Positions 36,734 through 50,300 of a stretch of DNA of 64,000 bases are shown here, in pieces. The DNA lies in contig JAUCBJ010007551.1 in the NCBI GenBank assembly GCA_032718475.1, positions 1 to 64,000 of the forward strand, written 5' to 3'. Positions within the stretch are counted from its first letter, which is position 1. The number at the start of each line of letters is the position of its first letter. The notes beneath the pieces are model-generated. The model did no database searches, had not been told where the DNA came from, and worked only from the letters and a program-made list of their open reading frames with translations. The stretch is from Nemertoderma westbladi. Taxonomy: Eukaryota; Animalia; Xenacoelomorpha. The position numbers and the translations under genes were made by a program.

Positions 36734-39592
36734 CAAGTTGCCTTGGTTCCTTTTACTTGAACTTTAACTTTGGTTACTTTTAGATGGACTTTGTCTTCTT
36801 TTGTGACAACTTCTAGAATAATAATTATTGGTGTGTGTGTGTGTGTGTGTAGTGTAGCCTACAGGATTACTAACCTTCTTATTTTCCTAATAACTATTGT
36901 TTGGGATATTTAGTTTGTTCAAAAGTTGTTGAAGGTTATATTGTACTAGTAAATTTATCTACTTTGTGCTGCGAATGTGCTGCAGAGTATAAAGTTAACC
37001 TTTAGTATATAATTGTTATGTTTGTGTTTGACGGGTGTTTAGAATGAGAATGTAGATCGGTGTTAGTTGCACCAATCAAGCCCCGAAGAGCTAAATCCGC
37101 TGGAATACTTCGACCGAAATAAATGAGCGGCTTTTCGAAGCCCTAAATGCCATCAAACCCTGAGTTGGAAACGAATAAATAAAATTCAATTTAATAAATC
37201 CGAGTATTTCATTCAACGTGTCTTCATGCTGATAGTTTCCGTCCACACAAACAGCCTATTGCAGGGCCGTATTGAATGAAGCTCTTGTCTAATATACAGC
37301 ATATTATGCTAATGCTAATGCTAATGGGTGTGGTTTGTAAGTTTATTAGTTTCTTTATTATGGAAACATTATTATGAAGAAGACAAGATTGAGAATATTC
37401 TTATCTAAACCTAGAACAGCTCCCAGTATGATACGCCTACGTCTTACAGCAGTATCGGTGGATGATATTATGATTAATGGAATTGCTATTCGATATCTTA
37501 CTAGTAACACATCTATCCAACCACATTGGAGAGGTCACCTAACCACACAACTCACCCTTATCCAACCACATCTACCTTATTTTATTTTAACTCTTATAAT
37601 TATTGCCTAACAGTTCCCAGTGGTAATGTAAAGCCTCCGTAAATCTTCTACCCATCATATCCATATTTTTTTATATAATTATTCCGTTTCAGCGAGAGGT
37701 GATTAGGTGGCCGGTATCCAGGACACAAGCTTCTCTCTCGGAGTTATTATAAAGCATAAAGCCCACTTTAGTTCGTAATTGGAGCTGAACCCAATAGGAA
37801 CTCCCAATAATATGGCAGCGAGTTCCCGGGTTATATTATTAGAATCGATTCCAGGCAATAATTAAATTGATTTCTTCTCCGGCATTGGTAGAACTCAGTC
37901 CCACACAACTGGCCATTGGAGCTACTAGGTTTTGCGATTTCAGCTTCTCGGTTCCAGGAAATCGACAACCAGACATGTGGCAGTGTTGCCTGTTACAACT
38001 TATTGATAACTGCTGGAAACTTAGTAATAAAATTCCTCGTCTGACAGTTGACATGGAGGGGTTGACATGACGGAACTTCATTACCTGAAACTAAATGCCA
38101 GCGTGAATGAACGTGACGATATTGTGTTTCGGTTATGTGCGTTGGCTGGTTGGTTGGCCCGCAGTAATGAGTTTCCGTTTTTCTATGGACGCTGTGAATG
38201 AGAAAATAACTTCATGGGGTCCCAATACAGCGAGTTATAAAGGTCAGAGAAAGCAATTCCGACTCAATTTAGTTAAGAGCATATCGCAGAGAACTGATGC
38301 ATTTCTGAGTGGTAATTCCTCACCGTGACAGGGGATTGATGACTGATGATTTCGTAATTGACTATTATATCTTGGCTGTCGGTTTACTGTGTCCCTCAGA
38401 ATGTATAACAACAATTTTTGTAGAAGAGTATAATCTCGTGCTAATTGTGAAATCTGAGTTACCCTCTATCTCTCTTTCATTCTCTCGCTTAGAAAATGTC
38501 GCACTGCTGTCAATTAAGATATGGAAAATGCATAGAAATTGCAATAATTTTTGTTACCATCTTTTAAGATTTCCGCGTTTTTTTTTTCTCGTTAGGGGAG
38601 AAACATCATCTCATTAAGCTCATCATTGTTCACGGGATCCCCCATGTAGCGGTCTGGTTAGGAGCTGCTACTCCTTTATTCATGAAACTCAATTACTCCC
38701 ACGGCAACCACCAACCAACAGTGCTGAAGGTACTTCTTGTTGTCCATCGTGTCTTTGTTATCTCACTGAAATCTTCTGATCAAATTGGTTTACGCCTAGA
38801 TCTCTTAACCTTGGTTTACGGGGATGGGAGTTTGGCTTGGATTACGGATTACTCTAGTTCCACGAATTCGTTTTATAAATAGCTGAAGTGGGGCATTCAT
38901 TAGCGAATCTGAGCGGCATCACTGAATCGGATTTAGTTGTGAGTTTCCTTTCAATGCTGGGCTTTTCCAGATGGATTTAACATCAACATTGTTATTTATT
39001 TATTGCCGACATGCGGTTGGTATGTTTTGACGAATCGGTTGTTTAATGTTTGCGGATTATTTAATATTGTGTTGAAGCAGATGGTGACAGCTGAAAGACA
39101 GGTGCAGGTTGAATGAAATAGAGACTTTCTGACGAAATTAGTGTTTTTTTTTTCAAATAATATTATTTGAAAATATAAAAAATGAATCGCATTTTAAAAT
39201 ATTGTTACTGATTTTTCCAATGAATCCTTATACATAGAGAGCGGTAAAGAAATCATAAAAGTTGTGAAAAATAAATATTAATCTTGAAAATAGCCCCCGT
39301 CTCTAATAGTCTGATTATTTCGATCTGATGACTACCTATTCGTGTGACATACTCAGGTAATCAATAACTAAATGCTATCTGATTTTACACCATGTCCTTG
39401 AATATACTGTCATAATTCAGTAGCTTGGACCACCCCCCCCCCCCCCCCCCAAAAAAAAAAAAATTTAAATATCTTATGAGATTGCATCCAATTTTTTCGC
39501 TTTCATTCTTTAGCCACAAGAGTTTGAATGAGGGGTCTTCGTCGATATTGTACTCTGTTATTCTGCAACCTTATTATAGTAATGATTGGTAT

Positions 39593-40063
39593 GGTACCAA
39601 TAGAAAGCTGGCCATGCAAGCTGACCATGCAAGCTGGCCATGCAAGCTGGCCATGCAAGCTGGCCATGCAAGCTGACCATGCAAGCTGACCATGCAAGCT
39701 GACCATGCAAGGATTCAAAATTAACATAATCTGAATTTCGTTGAGAAATAGTTGCATAAGGTGGAAGGTTTTGCATCTGCGCAAGGCTATTTTATTATAT
39801 TTAAAAAGTACACTCATTTCTGGAACATTATATTTATCTCATAAGTAGCTGGGCAACAATACAATACCTCTATAATTATACTAAATACGTAGATATTCAT
39901 ACATAAACAAGAATATGGTATATTTTTAAATATAATAAAAATGCCACGTGCAGGTACAAAACCATACAACATTCGAACGCTCATATCTCGGCTATTTATC
40001 AACGACATTCAAATTATGTTACATATTTGTAATCCTGGCGTTGCCAGCTTTCCATGGGTACCA
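39593..40063. repeat. Inverted pair of a short dispersed repeat, left arm containing a 14-bp tandem expansion (39605-39710)
   Basis: GTACCAATAGAAAGCTGG...CTGAATTTCGTTGA on +, its reverse complement at ~39990-40063, and a third copy at ~35208-35290. Confidence 0.65.
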
Positions 40064-40202
40064 ACAGAACACTTAACACTACAAGGATGAAGAAAATCTG
40101 CGTTGTTACTGGTGCAATATCGTCGGAGACACCTTTATAAATGCTTGTAGCTAAATAATGTAAGCGAAAATAAAAATTATGTCTCATTAAGGAAAAGGGA
40201 GT

Positions 40203-41042
40203 TGAAACTCCTTGAGGTGAAACTCCTTGAGGTGAAACTCCTCGAGGTGAAACTCCTTGATGTGGAACTCCTTGAGGTGAACCTCCTTGAGGTGAAACTC
40301 CTTGAGGTGAAACTCCTTGAGGTGAATCTCATTGTGATGAAACTCCTTGAGGTGAATCTCATTGAGGTGAAACTCCTTGAGGTGAATCTCATTGAGGTGA
40401 AACTCCTTGAGGTGAAACTCCTTGAGGTGAAACTCCTTGAGGTGAATCTCATTGTGATGAAACTCCTTGAGGTGAATCTCATTGAGGTGAAACTCCTTGA
40501 GGTGAATCTCATTGAGGTGAAACTCCTTGAGGTGAATCTCATTGAGGTGAATCTCATTGTGATGAAACTCCTTGAGGTGAATCTCATTGAGGTGAAACTC
40601 CTTGAGGTGAATCTCATTGAGGTGAAACTCATTGAGGTGAAACTCCTTGAGGTGAATCTCATTGAGGTGAAACTCCATGAGGTGAATCTCATTGAGGTGA
40701 AACTCCTTGAGGTAAATCTCATTGAGGTGAAACTGCTTGAGGTGAATCTCATTGAGGTGAAACTCCTTGAGGTGAAACTCCTTGAGGTGAATCTCATTGA
40801 GATGAAACTCCTTGAGGTGAAACTCCTTGGGGTGAAACTCCTTGGGGTGAAACTCCTTGGGGTGAAACTCCTTGGGGTGAAACTCCTTGGGGTGAAACTC
40901 CTTGGGGTGAAACTCCTTGGGGTGAAACTCATTGAGGTCAATCTTATTGAGGTGAATCTCATTTAGGTGAATCTCATTGAGGTGAATCTCATTGAAGTGA
41001 ATCTCATTGAGATGAAACTCCTTGAGGTGAATCTCATTGAGA
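40203..41042. repeat. 15-bp minisatellite (~56 copies)
   Basis: Units GAGGTGAAACTCCTT / GAGGTGAATCTCATT / GGGGTGAAACTCCTT. Confidence 0.95.
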
Positions 41043-41880
41043 TTGTATAATTTTTTTTTTTTGGGGGGGGGGGGTGGTTGTCCAAGTCACTGAATTACAA
41101 CACTATATTCCAGGACATGGTATATTCAAACAACCTTTATTATTACAATGTGTAATTACAATAGTTCAGTTCTGTTTGTTAAATTCAAGTAAAGCAATTG
41201 AATGCTGCTCAGGGTTATATTTATGTAGTTTAGTAGAATTTTGTGAATATGACCCTTCGTTGTTAAATTTTTCGCGCAACGATTTTTCTGTGTATTTAGA
41301 TTGTAAGTTTCTAACACCATCGGTCTCTGCAAGTAGTTTAATTTGTGAGCTGTAAGGTGCGGGTTCTAAGGTACGATTTACATTGAGAAGTTAAATGTCA
41401 CATTTCTTTATCCTGGATCTTCGATTAACTTTTCAACTTGAAGTTCTGGTTCTAAAAAATTTTTTTTTTAGAGAAAATGCGTTAAAAAATAGATGTGTAT
41501 AAACGTATGATACGAAGACATCAATGTAGATCAGCCTTTTCAGTCTCATTAAATGACTTTGTTAGTTGATACATGATTTCCGGTGCTGTTTGTATTACTT
41601 TTTTAATGTAATTAATTACTTTGATAGTGAAATACTTTATAACCTTCTACATGCTCCATCCCAGAGTAGCTAGCAACGTAGCCTATTGTGGTACCGGTAC
41701 TGTTGTACTATATGTGGTATCGGTTCTGGTATGTGATATATTTTTCACTCAAATCTGTATATATTATTTGTATAATTTATTATGCAATGAAACTGTAATA
41801 TTTGATATCCATATAACCGTTACGCCTACCTATTAATATATGTGACAATAAATCTGGTATCATTTTTATAAATTTTACAG

Positions 41881-43441
41881 TAGGTATCGGATATCGGTCG
41901 CTATATAGGTCGGTACGGTCGGTACATGTTGGTATATGGGTTGGTATATCGGTCGGTGTATCGGTCGGTACATGTTGGTATATTGGTTGGTATATCGGTC
42001 GGTGTATCGGTCGGTATATCGGTCGAAATATCGGTTGTTATATCGGTCAGTATAGCGGTTGGTATATCGGTTGCTATATCGGTTGGTATAACGGTCGGTA
42101 TATCGGTCGCTATATCGGTCGGTATATCGGTTGGTATATTGGTCGGTATATCGGTCGGTATATCGGTCGTTATATCGGTCGGTATATCGGTTGGTATATC
42201 GGTCAGTATAGCGGTTGGTATATCGGTTGCTATATCGGTTGGTATAACGGTCGGTATATCGGTCGGTATATCGGTCGAAATATCGGTTGTTATATCGGTC
42301 AGTATAGCGGTTGGTATATCGGTTGCTATATCGGTTGGTATAACGGTCGGTATATCGGTCGTTATATCGGTCGGTATATCGGTCGAAATATCGGTTGTTA
42401 TATCGGTCAGTATAGCGGTTGGTATATCGGTCGGTATATCGGTCGTTATATCGGTCGGTATATCGGTTGGTATATCGGTCAGTATAGCGGTTGGTATATC
42501 GGTTGCTATATCGGTTGGTATAACGGTCGGTATATCGGTCGAAATATCGGTTGTTATATCGGTCAGTATAGCGGTTGGTATATCGGTTGGTATATCGGTT
42601 GGTATAACGGTCGGTATATCGGTCGCTATATCGGTCGGTATATCGGTTGGTATATCGGTCGGTATATCGGTCGTTATATCGGTCGGTATATCGGTTGGTA
42701 TATCGGTCAGTATAGCGGTTGGTATATCGGTTGCTATATCGGTTGGTATAACGGTCGGTATATCGGTCGGTATATCGGTCGAAATATCGGTTGTTATATC
42801 GGTCAGTATAGCGGTTGGTATATCGGTTGGTATAGCGGTCGGTATATCGGTCGTTATATCGGTCGGTATATCGGTTGGTATATCGGTCGGTATATCGGTC
42901 GGTATATCAGTCGAAATATCGGTTGTTATATCGGTCAGTATAGCGGTTGGTATATCGGTCGGTATATCGGTTGGTATATCGGTCGGTATATTGGTCGTTA
43001 TATCGGTCGGTATATCGGTTGGTATATCGGTCGGCATATCGGTCGGTATATCAGTCGGAATATTGGTTGGTTTATCGGTCGGTATATTGGTTAGTATCGG
43101 TATATCGGTAGGTATATCGGTCGGCATCGGTTGGTATATGGGTCGGTATATCGGTCGGTATCGGTTGGTATATCGGATGGTATATCAGCCGGTATATCGA
43201 CCGGAATATCGGTCGGTATATCGGTAGGTATATCGGTTGGTATATCGGTCGGTATATCGGTCAGTTTATCGGTCCGTATATCGGTTGGTATATCGGTTTG
43301 TATATCGGTCGGTATCGCTCGGTATATCGGTTGGTTTATCGGTCGGTATATCGGTCGGTTATTGGTCGGTATATCGGTCGGTATATCGGTTATTATATCG
43401 GTCGTAATATCGTATATCGATCGGTATATCGGTCGGTATAT
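41881..43441. repeat. 12-bp minisatellite with higher-order blocks
   Basis: Unit GGTATATCGGTY with recurrent variant blocks (GAAATATCGGTTGTTATATCGGTCAGTATAGCGGTT). Confidence 0.95.
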
Positions 43442-43509
43442 CCTAAAAGCTGTACTAACTGTTACTAATAAGAAACTACTAAATCGTTACCTTCGGTGCT
43501 ATGCGAAAA

Positions 43510-43590
43510 CTATGGAGAATGCTATGGAGAATCGGGAAGCCTGGAAGGATCTCATTTCCACTGTCCGAGCTCGGTCGACCTAGGAATAAT
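43510..43590 (+). mobile_element. Tiny 3'-terminal RTE-like LINE remnant
   Basis: Translates AMENREAWKDLISTVRARST*, resembling the RTE ORF C-terminus (cf. MGDRELWR at ~14800). Confidence 0.4.
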
Positions 43591-43872
43591 ACCACCAAAT
43601 AAATGAATTAGCTGTATAGCTTCGGTTCAACACTCTAGATGACATGGCTATTGTTCACTTTGGCCTGTTGTAACCTTGTTTCAATTTTTGTACTCTTTGA
43701 CTCGGAATCACGCCGTTCCACATTTTATCCATTTCTGATATAGGCTTATTTTATACACCATTATATAAAAGATAACTTCTTCTAATAAAGTAGATAGTTT
43801 CCATAGTAGAACAGTTTCTAAAGCAACCATAATAAACATGTTTATCGTCCCATCACATTTCTGTGTCTTGTA

Positions 43873-46461
43873 TAGGTACTAATTGGTAGGTACTAATTGG
43901 TAGGATAATTGGTAGGTACTAATTGGTAGGATAATTGGTAGGTACTAATTGGTAGGTACTAATTGGTAGGTACTAATTGGTAGGTACTAATTGGTAGGTA
44001 CTAATTGGTAGGATAATTGGTAGGTACTAATTGGTAGGATAATTGGTAGGTACTAATTGGTAGGATAATTGGTAGGTACTAATTGGTAGGTACTAATTGG
44101 TAGGTACTAATTGGTAGGATAATTGGTAGGTACTAATTGGTAGGATAATTGGTAGGTACTAATTGGTAGGTACTAATTGGTAGGTACTAATTGGTAGGAT
44201 AATTGGTAGGTACTAATTGGTAGGATAATTGGTAGGTACTAATTGGTAGGTACTAATTGGTAGGTACTAATTGGTAGGTACTAATTGGTAGGTACTAATT
44301 GGTAGGTACTAATTGGTAGGTACTAATTGGTAGGATAATTGGTAGGTACTAATTGGTAGGATAATTGGTAGGTACTAATTGGTAGGATAATTGGTAGGTA
44401 CTAATTGGTAGGTACTAATTGGTAGGTACTAATTGGTAGGTACTAATTGGTAGGTACTAATTGGTAGGATAATTGGTAGGTACTAATTGGTAGGATAATT
44501 GGTAGGTACTAATTGGTAGGATAATTGGTAGGTACTAATTGGTAGGATAATTGGTAGGTACTAATTGGTAGGATAATTGGTAGGTACTAATTGGTAGGAT
44601 AATTGGTAGGTACTAATTGGTAGGATAATTGGTAGGTACTAATTGGTAGGATAATTGGTAGGTACTAATTGGTAGGTACTAATTGGTAGGATAATTGGTA
44701 GGTACTAATTGGTAGGATAATTGGTAGGTACTAATTGGTAGGATAATTGGTAGGTACTAATTGGTAGGTACTAATTGGTAGGTACTAATTGGTAGGTACT
44801 AATTGGTAGGATAATTGGTAGGTACTAATTGGTAGGATAATTGGTAGGTACTAATTGGTAGGATAATTGGTAGGTACTAATTGGTAGGATAATTGGTAGG
44901 TACTAATTGGTAGGATAATTGGTAGGTACTAATTGGTAGGATAATTGGTAGGTACTAATTGGTAGGATAATTGGTAGGTACTAATTGGTAGGATAATTGG
45001 TAGGTACTAATTGGTAGGATAATTGGTAGGTACTAATTGGTAGGATAATTGGTAGGTACTAATTGGTAGGATAATTGGTAGGTACTAATTGGTAGGATAA
45101 TTGGTAGGTACTAATTGGTAGGATAATTGGTAGGTACTAATTGGTAGGTACTAATTGGTAGGATAATTGGTAGGTACTAATTGGTAGGATAATTGGTAGG
45201 TACTAATTGGTAGGATAATTGGTAGGTACTAATTGGTAGGATAATTGGTAGGTACTAATTGGTAGGTACTAATTGGTAGGATAATTGGTAGGTACTAATT
45301 GGTAGGATAATTGGTAGGTACTAATTGGTAGGATAATTGGTAGGTACTAATTGGTAGGATAATTGGTAGGTACTAATTGGTAGGATAATTGGTAGGTACT
45401 AATTGGTAGGATAATTGGTAGGTACTAATTGGTAGGATAATTGGTAGGTACTAATTGGTAGGATAATTGGTAGGTACTAATTGGTAGGATAATTGGTAGG
45501 TACTAATTGGTAGGATAATTGGTAGGTACTAATTGGTAGGATAATTGGTAGGTACTAATTGGTAGGTACTAATTGGTAGGATAATTGGTAGGTACTAATT
45601 GGTAGGATAATTGGTAGGTACTAATTGGTAGGATAATTGGTAGGTACTAATTGGTAGGATAATTGGTAGGTACTAATTGGTAGGATAATTGGTAGGTACT
45701 AATTGGTAGGATAATTGGTAGGTACTAATTGGTAGGATAATTGGTAGGTACTAATTGGTAGGTACTAATTGGTAGGATAATTGGTAGGTACTAATTGGTA
45801 GGATAATTGGTAGGTACTAATTGGTAGGATAATTGGTAGGTACTAATTGGTAGGATAATTGGTAGGTACTAATTGGTAGGATAATTGGTAGGTACTAATT
45901 GGTAGGATAATTGGTAGGTACTAATTAGTAGGATAATTGGTAGGTACTAATTGGTAGGATAATTGGTAGGTACTAATTGGTGGTACTAATTGGTAGGATA
46001 ATTGGTAGGTACTAATTGGTAGGATAATTGGTAGGTACTAATTGGTAGGATAATTGGTAGGTACTAATTGGTAGGTACTAATTGGTAGGATAATTGGTAG
46101 GTACTAATTGGTAGGATAATTGGTAGGTACTAATTGGTAGGTACTAATTGGTAGGATAATTGGTAGGTACTAATTGGTAGGATAATTGGTAGGTACTAAT
46201 TGGTAGGATAATTGGTAGGTACTAATTGGTAGGATAATTGGTAGGTACTAATTGGTAGGTACTAATTGGTAGGTACTAATTGGTAGGATAATTGGTAGGT
46301 ACTAATTGGTAGGATAATTGGTAGGTACTAATTGGTAGGATAATTGGTAGGTACTAATTGGTAGGATAATTGGTAGGTACTAATTGGTAGGATAATTGGT
46401 AGGTACTAATTGGTAGGATAATTGGTAGGTACTAATTGGTAGGATAATTGGTAGGTACTAA
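43873..46461. repeat. Compound 14/12-bp minisatellite
   Basis: Interspersed units AATTGGTAGGTACT (14) and AATTGGTAGGAT (12), mostly alternating as a 26-bp dimer. Confidence 0.96.
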
Positions 46462-46689
46462 AGCAGATATAAAGTAGATAGTTTCCATAGTAGAACAGTT
46501 TCTAAAGCAACCATAATAAACATGTTTATCTTCCCATCACATTTCTGTGTTTTGTATAGGTACTAATTGGTAGGATAATTGGTACTAAAAGGATAGATTT
46601 TAGTACTACTAAAGGAATAACAAACAATAAGGGTGATAATTAAATACCAAGGCGATATTTAAATAACCGGTTTGGTCGGGTCAAATAAA

Positions 46690-47340
46690 ATGAGTTTGCG
46701 GTTTTTATTTGGAAATATGAAGAAAGACAAGACAGCTTTTCATCAAAAGGCCTTAGAAAAATTGAAAACAACAGAGGAAATGTTGAAAAAGAAACGAGCC
46801 TTTATCGAAACAAAAATTGAGAAAGAATTGCTAATAGCTAAAAATGAGGGGACCAAAAGTAATAAAGCTGCTTTAAAAGCGTTGCAACGAAAAAAGCGTT
46901 TAGAAAAGGAAATAGATAAGATTTATAGCTCATTGGGTGCTATTGAGTTACAAAAAGAGACAATAGGGAATATATTAACGAATGCAGAGGTTTTTAAGCA
47001 TATGGATTACGCCGCAAAGGCCATGAAAACCACTCATCAACATCTCGATGTTACTAAGGTCGACTCAGTGTTTGATCACATTCAGGAGCAGCAAGACGTT
47101 GCTGAAGAGATCTCTAAAGCCGTTACTCAGCCCCTTGGAGAGCAGGTTAGCGAGGCTGATCTTATAGCGGAATTAGATCACTTGGAGAAAGGCGGTGAGC
47201 TTTCCAGGATAAAACAGACCCTCGTTCCAACAACCGGAACTTCTACAGAACTACCCCCAGTTCCAACAACTGATCCAAATAAATCCAAAGGCACTTGTAA
47301 TGACGACAGGCTGGTAAAGTTGCAAGCGCTCCACTCTTAG
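46690..47340 (+). CDS. CHMP4: Intronless, divergent CHMP4/Snf7/Vps32 (ESCRT-III) homolog, 216 aa
   Basis: MSLRFLFG N-terminal helix, ALEKLKTTEEMLKKKRAFIE.KIE.EL..AK..GTK.NKAAL.AL.RKKRLEK, N.EV...M..AAKAMK..H..LDV.KVD...D.I.EQQ.VAEEIS.A, MIM2-like LPPVPT; uninterrupted ORF. Confidence 0.9.
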   Translation: MSLRFLFGNMKKDKTAFHQKALEKLKTTEEMLKKKRAFIETKIEKELLIAKNEGTKSNKAALKALQRKKRLEKEIDKIYSSLGAIELQKETIGNILTNAEVFKHMDYAAKAMKTTHQHLDVTKVDSVFDHIQEQQDVAEEISKAVTQPLGEQVSEADLIAELDHLEKGGELSRIKQTLVPTTGTSTELPPVPTTDPNKSKGTCNDDRLVKLQALHS

Positions 47341-50300
47341 GAACGAGAAACCTACACCTACATAGCTCAACCAACAGGGGTCCGTCTTAGGAACCTACAT
47401 AGCTCAACCGATAGGGCTCCATCTTAGGAACCTACATAGCTCAACCGACAAGGGTCCATCTTAGGAACCTACATAGCTCAACCGACAGGGGTCCATCTTA
47501 GGAACCTGCATAGCTCAACCGACAGGGGTCCATCTTAGGAACCTGCATAGCTCAACCAACAGGGGACATCTTAGGAACCTACATAGCTCAACCAACAGGA
47601 GTCCATCTTAGGAACCTACGTAGCTCAACCAACAGGGGCCCATCTTAGGAACCTACAGAGCTCAACCGACAGGGGTCCATCTTAGGAACCTACATAGCTC
47701 AACCGACAGGGGTCCATCTTAGGAACCTACATAGCTCAACCGACAGGGGTCCATCTTAGGAACCTACATAGCTCAACCGACAGGGGTCCATCTTAGGAAC
47801 CTACATAGCTCAACCGATAAGGGTCCATCTTAGGAACCTACATAGCTCAACCAACAGGGGTCCATCTTAGAAACCTACATAGCTCAACCAACAGGGGACA
47901 TCTTAGGAACCTACATAGCTCAATCAACAGGGGCCCATCTTAGGAACCTACATAGCTCAACCGACAGGGGTCCATCTTAGGAACCTACAGAGCTCAACCG
48001 ACAAGGGCCCATCTTAGGAACCTACATAGCTCAACCGACAGGGGCCATCTTAGAAACCTACATAGCTCAACCGACAGGGGTCCATCTTAGGAACCTACAT
48101 AGCTCAACCGACAAGGGTCCATCTTAGGAACCTACATAGCTCAACCGACAGGGGTCCATCTTAGGAACCTGCATAGCTCAACCGACAGGGGTCCATCTTA
48201 GGAACCTACATAGCTCAACCAACAGGGGCATCTTATGAACCTACATAGCTCAACCAACAGGGGCCCATCTTAGGAACCTACATAGCTCAACCAACAGGGG
48301 CCATCTTAGGAACCTACCTACATAGCTCAACCGACAAGGGTCCATCTTATGAACCTACATAGCTCAACCAACAGGGGCCCATCTTAGAAACCTACATAGC
48401 TCAACCGACAAGGGCCCATCTTAGGAACCTACATAGCTCAACCAACAGTGGTCCATCTTATGAACCTACATAGCTCAACCAACAGGGGCCCATCTTAGGA
48501 ACCTACATAGCTCAACCGACAGGGGTCCATCTTAGGAACCTACAGAGCTCAACCGACAAGGGCCCATCTTAGAAACCTACATAGCTCAACCAACAGGGGC
48601 CCATCTTAGGAACCTACAAAGCTCAACCGACAGGGGCCCATCTTAGGAACCTACATAGCTCAACCGACAGGGGTCCATCTTAGGAACCTACATAGCTCAA
48701 CCGACAAGGGCCCATCTTAGAAACCTACATAGCTCAACCAACAGGGGCTCATCTTAGGAACCTACATAGCTCAACCGACAGGGGTCCATCTTAGGAACCT
48801 ACAGAGCTCAACCGACAGGGGTCCATCTTAGGAACCTACATAGCTCAACCGAGAGGGGTCCATCTTAGAAACCTACATAGCTCAACCAACAGGAGTCCAT
48901 CTTAGGAACCTACGTAGCTCAACCAACAGGGGCCCATTTTAGGAACCTACATAGCTCAACCGAGAGGGGTCCATCTTAGAAACCTACATAGCTCAACCAA
49001 CAGGAGTCCATCTTAGGAACCTACATAGCTCAACCGACAGGGGTCCATCTTAGGAACCTACATAGCTCAACCGACAAGGGCCCATCTTAGAAACCTACAT
49101 AGCTCAACCAACAGGGGCCCATCTTAGGAACCTACGTAGCTCAACCAACAGGGGTCCATCTTAGGAACCTACATAGCTCAACCGACAGGGGTCCATCTTA
49201 GGAACCTACATAGCTCAACCAACAGGAGTCCATCTTAGGAACCTACGTAGCTCAACCAACAGGGGCCCATCTTAGGAACCTACATAGCTCAACCGAGAGG
49301 GGTCCATCTTAGAAACCTACATAGCTCAACCAACAGGGGCCCATCTTATGAACCTACATAGCTCAACCAACAGGGGTCCATCTTATGAACCTACGTAGCT
49401 CAACCAACAGGGGCCCATCTTAGGAACCTACATAGCTCAACCGAGAGGGGTCCATCTTAGAAACCTACATAGCTCAACCAACAGGAGTCCATCTTAGGAA
49501 CCTACATAGCTCAACCGACAGGGGTCCATCTTAGGAACCTACATAGCTCAACCGACAGGGGCCCATCTTAGGAACCTACATAGCTCAACCGACAAGGGTC
49601 CATCTTAGGAACCTACATAGCTCAACCAACAGGGGCCCATCTTAGGAACCTACATAGCTCAACCGACAGGGGTCCATCTTAGGAACCTACATAGCTCAAC
49701 CGACAAGGGCCCATCTTAGAAACCTACATAGCTCAACCAACAGGGGCCCATCTTAGGAACCTACATAGCTCAACCAACAGGGGCCCATCTTATGAACCTA
49801 CATAGCTCAACCAACAGGGGCCCATCTTATGAACCTACATAGCTCAACCAACAGGGGCCCATCTTATGAACCTACATAGCTCAACCAACCATCTTAGGAA
49901 CCTACATAGCTCAACCGACAAGGGCCCATCTTAGAAACCTACATAGCTCAACCAACAGGGGCCCATCTTAGGAACCTACATAGCTCAACCAACAGGGGCC
50001 CATCTTATGAACCTACATAGCTCAACCAACAGGGGCCCATCTTATGAACCTACGTAGCTCAACCAACAGGGGCCCATCTTAGGAACCTACATAGCTCAAC
50101 CGAGAGGGGTCCATCTTAGAAACCTACATAGCTCAACCAACAGGAGTCCATCTTAGGAACCTACATAGCTCAACCGACAGGGGTCCATCTTAGGAACCTA
50201 CGTAGCTCAACCAACAGGGGCCCATCTTATGAACCTACATAGCTCAACCAACAGGAGTCCATCTTAGAAACCTACATAGCTCAACCAACAGGGGCCCATC

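Noticed and set aside
37700-39100. Possibly decayed minus-strand coding sequence
   Set aside because: Only short frames with many stops; no recognisable motif.
40177-43583. Repeat-protein ORFs (EVKLL)n, (GISV)n, (PTDI)n
   Set aside because: Translations of 15- and 12-bp satellites.
43873-46461. Telomeric repeat, or link to the element's TTGGTAGG PBS-like motif
   Set aside because: The unit is not a known telomere motif and its seed is explained by the adjacent local duplication.
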